Shown here piece by piece: positions 60,010 through 60,129 of a stretch of 60,129 nucleotides of DNA. This DNA comes from Hormoscilla sp. (GTDB taxonomy: Bacteria; Cyanobacteriota; Cyanobacteriia; Cyanobacteriales; Desertifilaceae). The stretch lies in NCBI GenBank assembly GCA_051439505.1, contig JBFRWI010000111.1, positions 1 through 60,129 on the forward strand. Reading direction: 5' to 3'. Under the pieces are notes generated by a model. That model was not told the origin of the DNA, ran no database searches, and worked only from the letters and a program-made list of their open reading frames with translations. Position numbers and translations under genes: made by a program. How positions within the stretch are numbered: position 1 is the first letter of the stretch; every line of letters begins with the position of its first letter.

Positions 60010-60129
60010 AAACACTAAAGTGTTTACTACGAACCCCGGAAACACTAAAGTGTTTACTACGAACCCCGGAAACACTAAAGTGTTTACTACGAACCCCGGA
60101 AACACTAAAGTGTTTACTACGAACCCCGG
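60010..60129. repeat. 30-bp perfect tandem repeat (AAACACTAAAGTGTTTACTACGAACCCCGG) x4, running off the contig end
   Basis: Units start at 60010, 60040, 60070 and 60100; each is an inverted variant of the GTTCGTAGTAAGGACTTTAGTCCT hairpin just upstream (~59976-59999). Confidence 0.93.

Noticed and set aside
60010..60129. Possible CRISPR array at the contig end
   Set aside because: Perfect head-to-tail 30-bp units with no spacers; the copy number may be an assembly artefact.

Overview
This is a cyanobacterial chromosomal contig, probably from a filamentous Oscillatoriales-like organism: the HIP1 octamer GCGATCGC is very frequent, and there are heptamer tandem repeats and WD40, pentapeptide and Uma2 proteins. 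It begins with an untrimmed Nextera adapter (1-34) and ends inside a 30-bp tandem repeat. Housekeeping genes include a malic enzyme, hisA, cysK, pyrE, thiC with its TPP riboswitch, a tRNA-CAT and several transporters. Accessory loci lie between them: (i) an ABC/AAA ATPase (DUF3696-type) paired with a PLD-fold partner, resembling an anti-phage module; (ii) two caspase-family multidomain proteins, one a caspase-lipase with repeated Thr-Arg linker motifs and one a caspase-STAND-TM-WD40; (iii) a small protein with eight codon-conserved RTAFxxQ heptads downstream of a peptide-type ABC exporter; (iv) a mosaic toxin-antitoxin array behind a duplicated thiC 3' end; (v) an orphan DUF262 gene. Intergenic DNA holds several palindromic repeat families, MITEs with 8- and 10-bp target-site duplications, and a 25-30-nt micro-element that sits inside other repeats. 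All calls come from motif recognition by eye; no database search was run.
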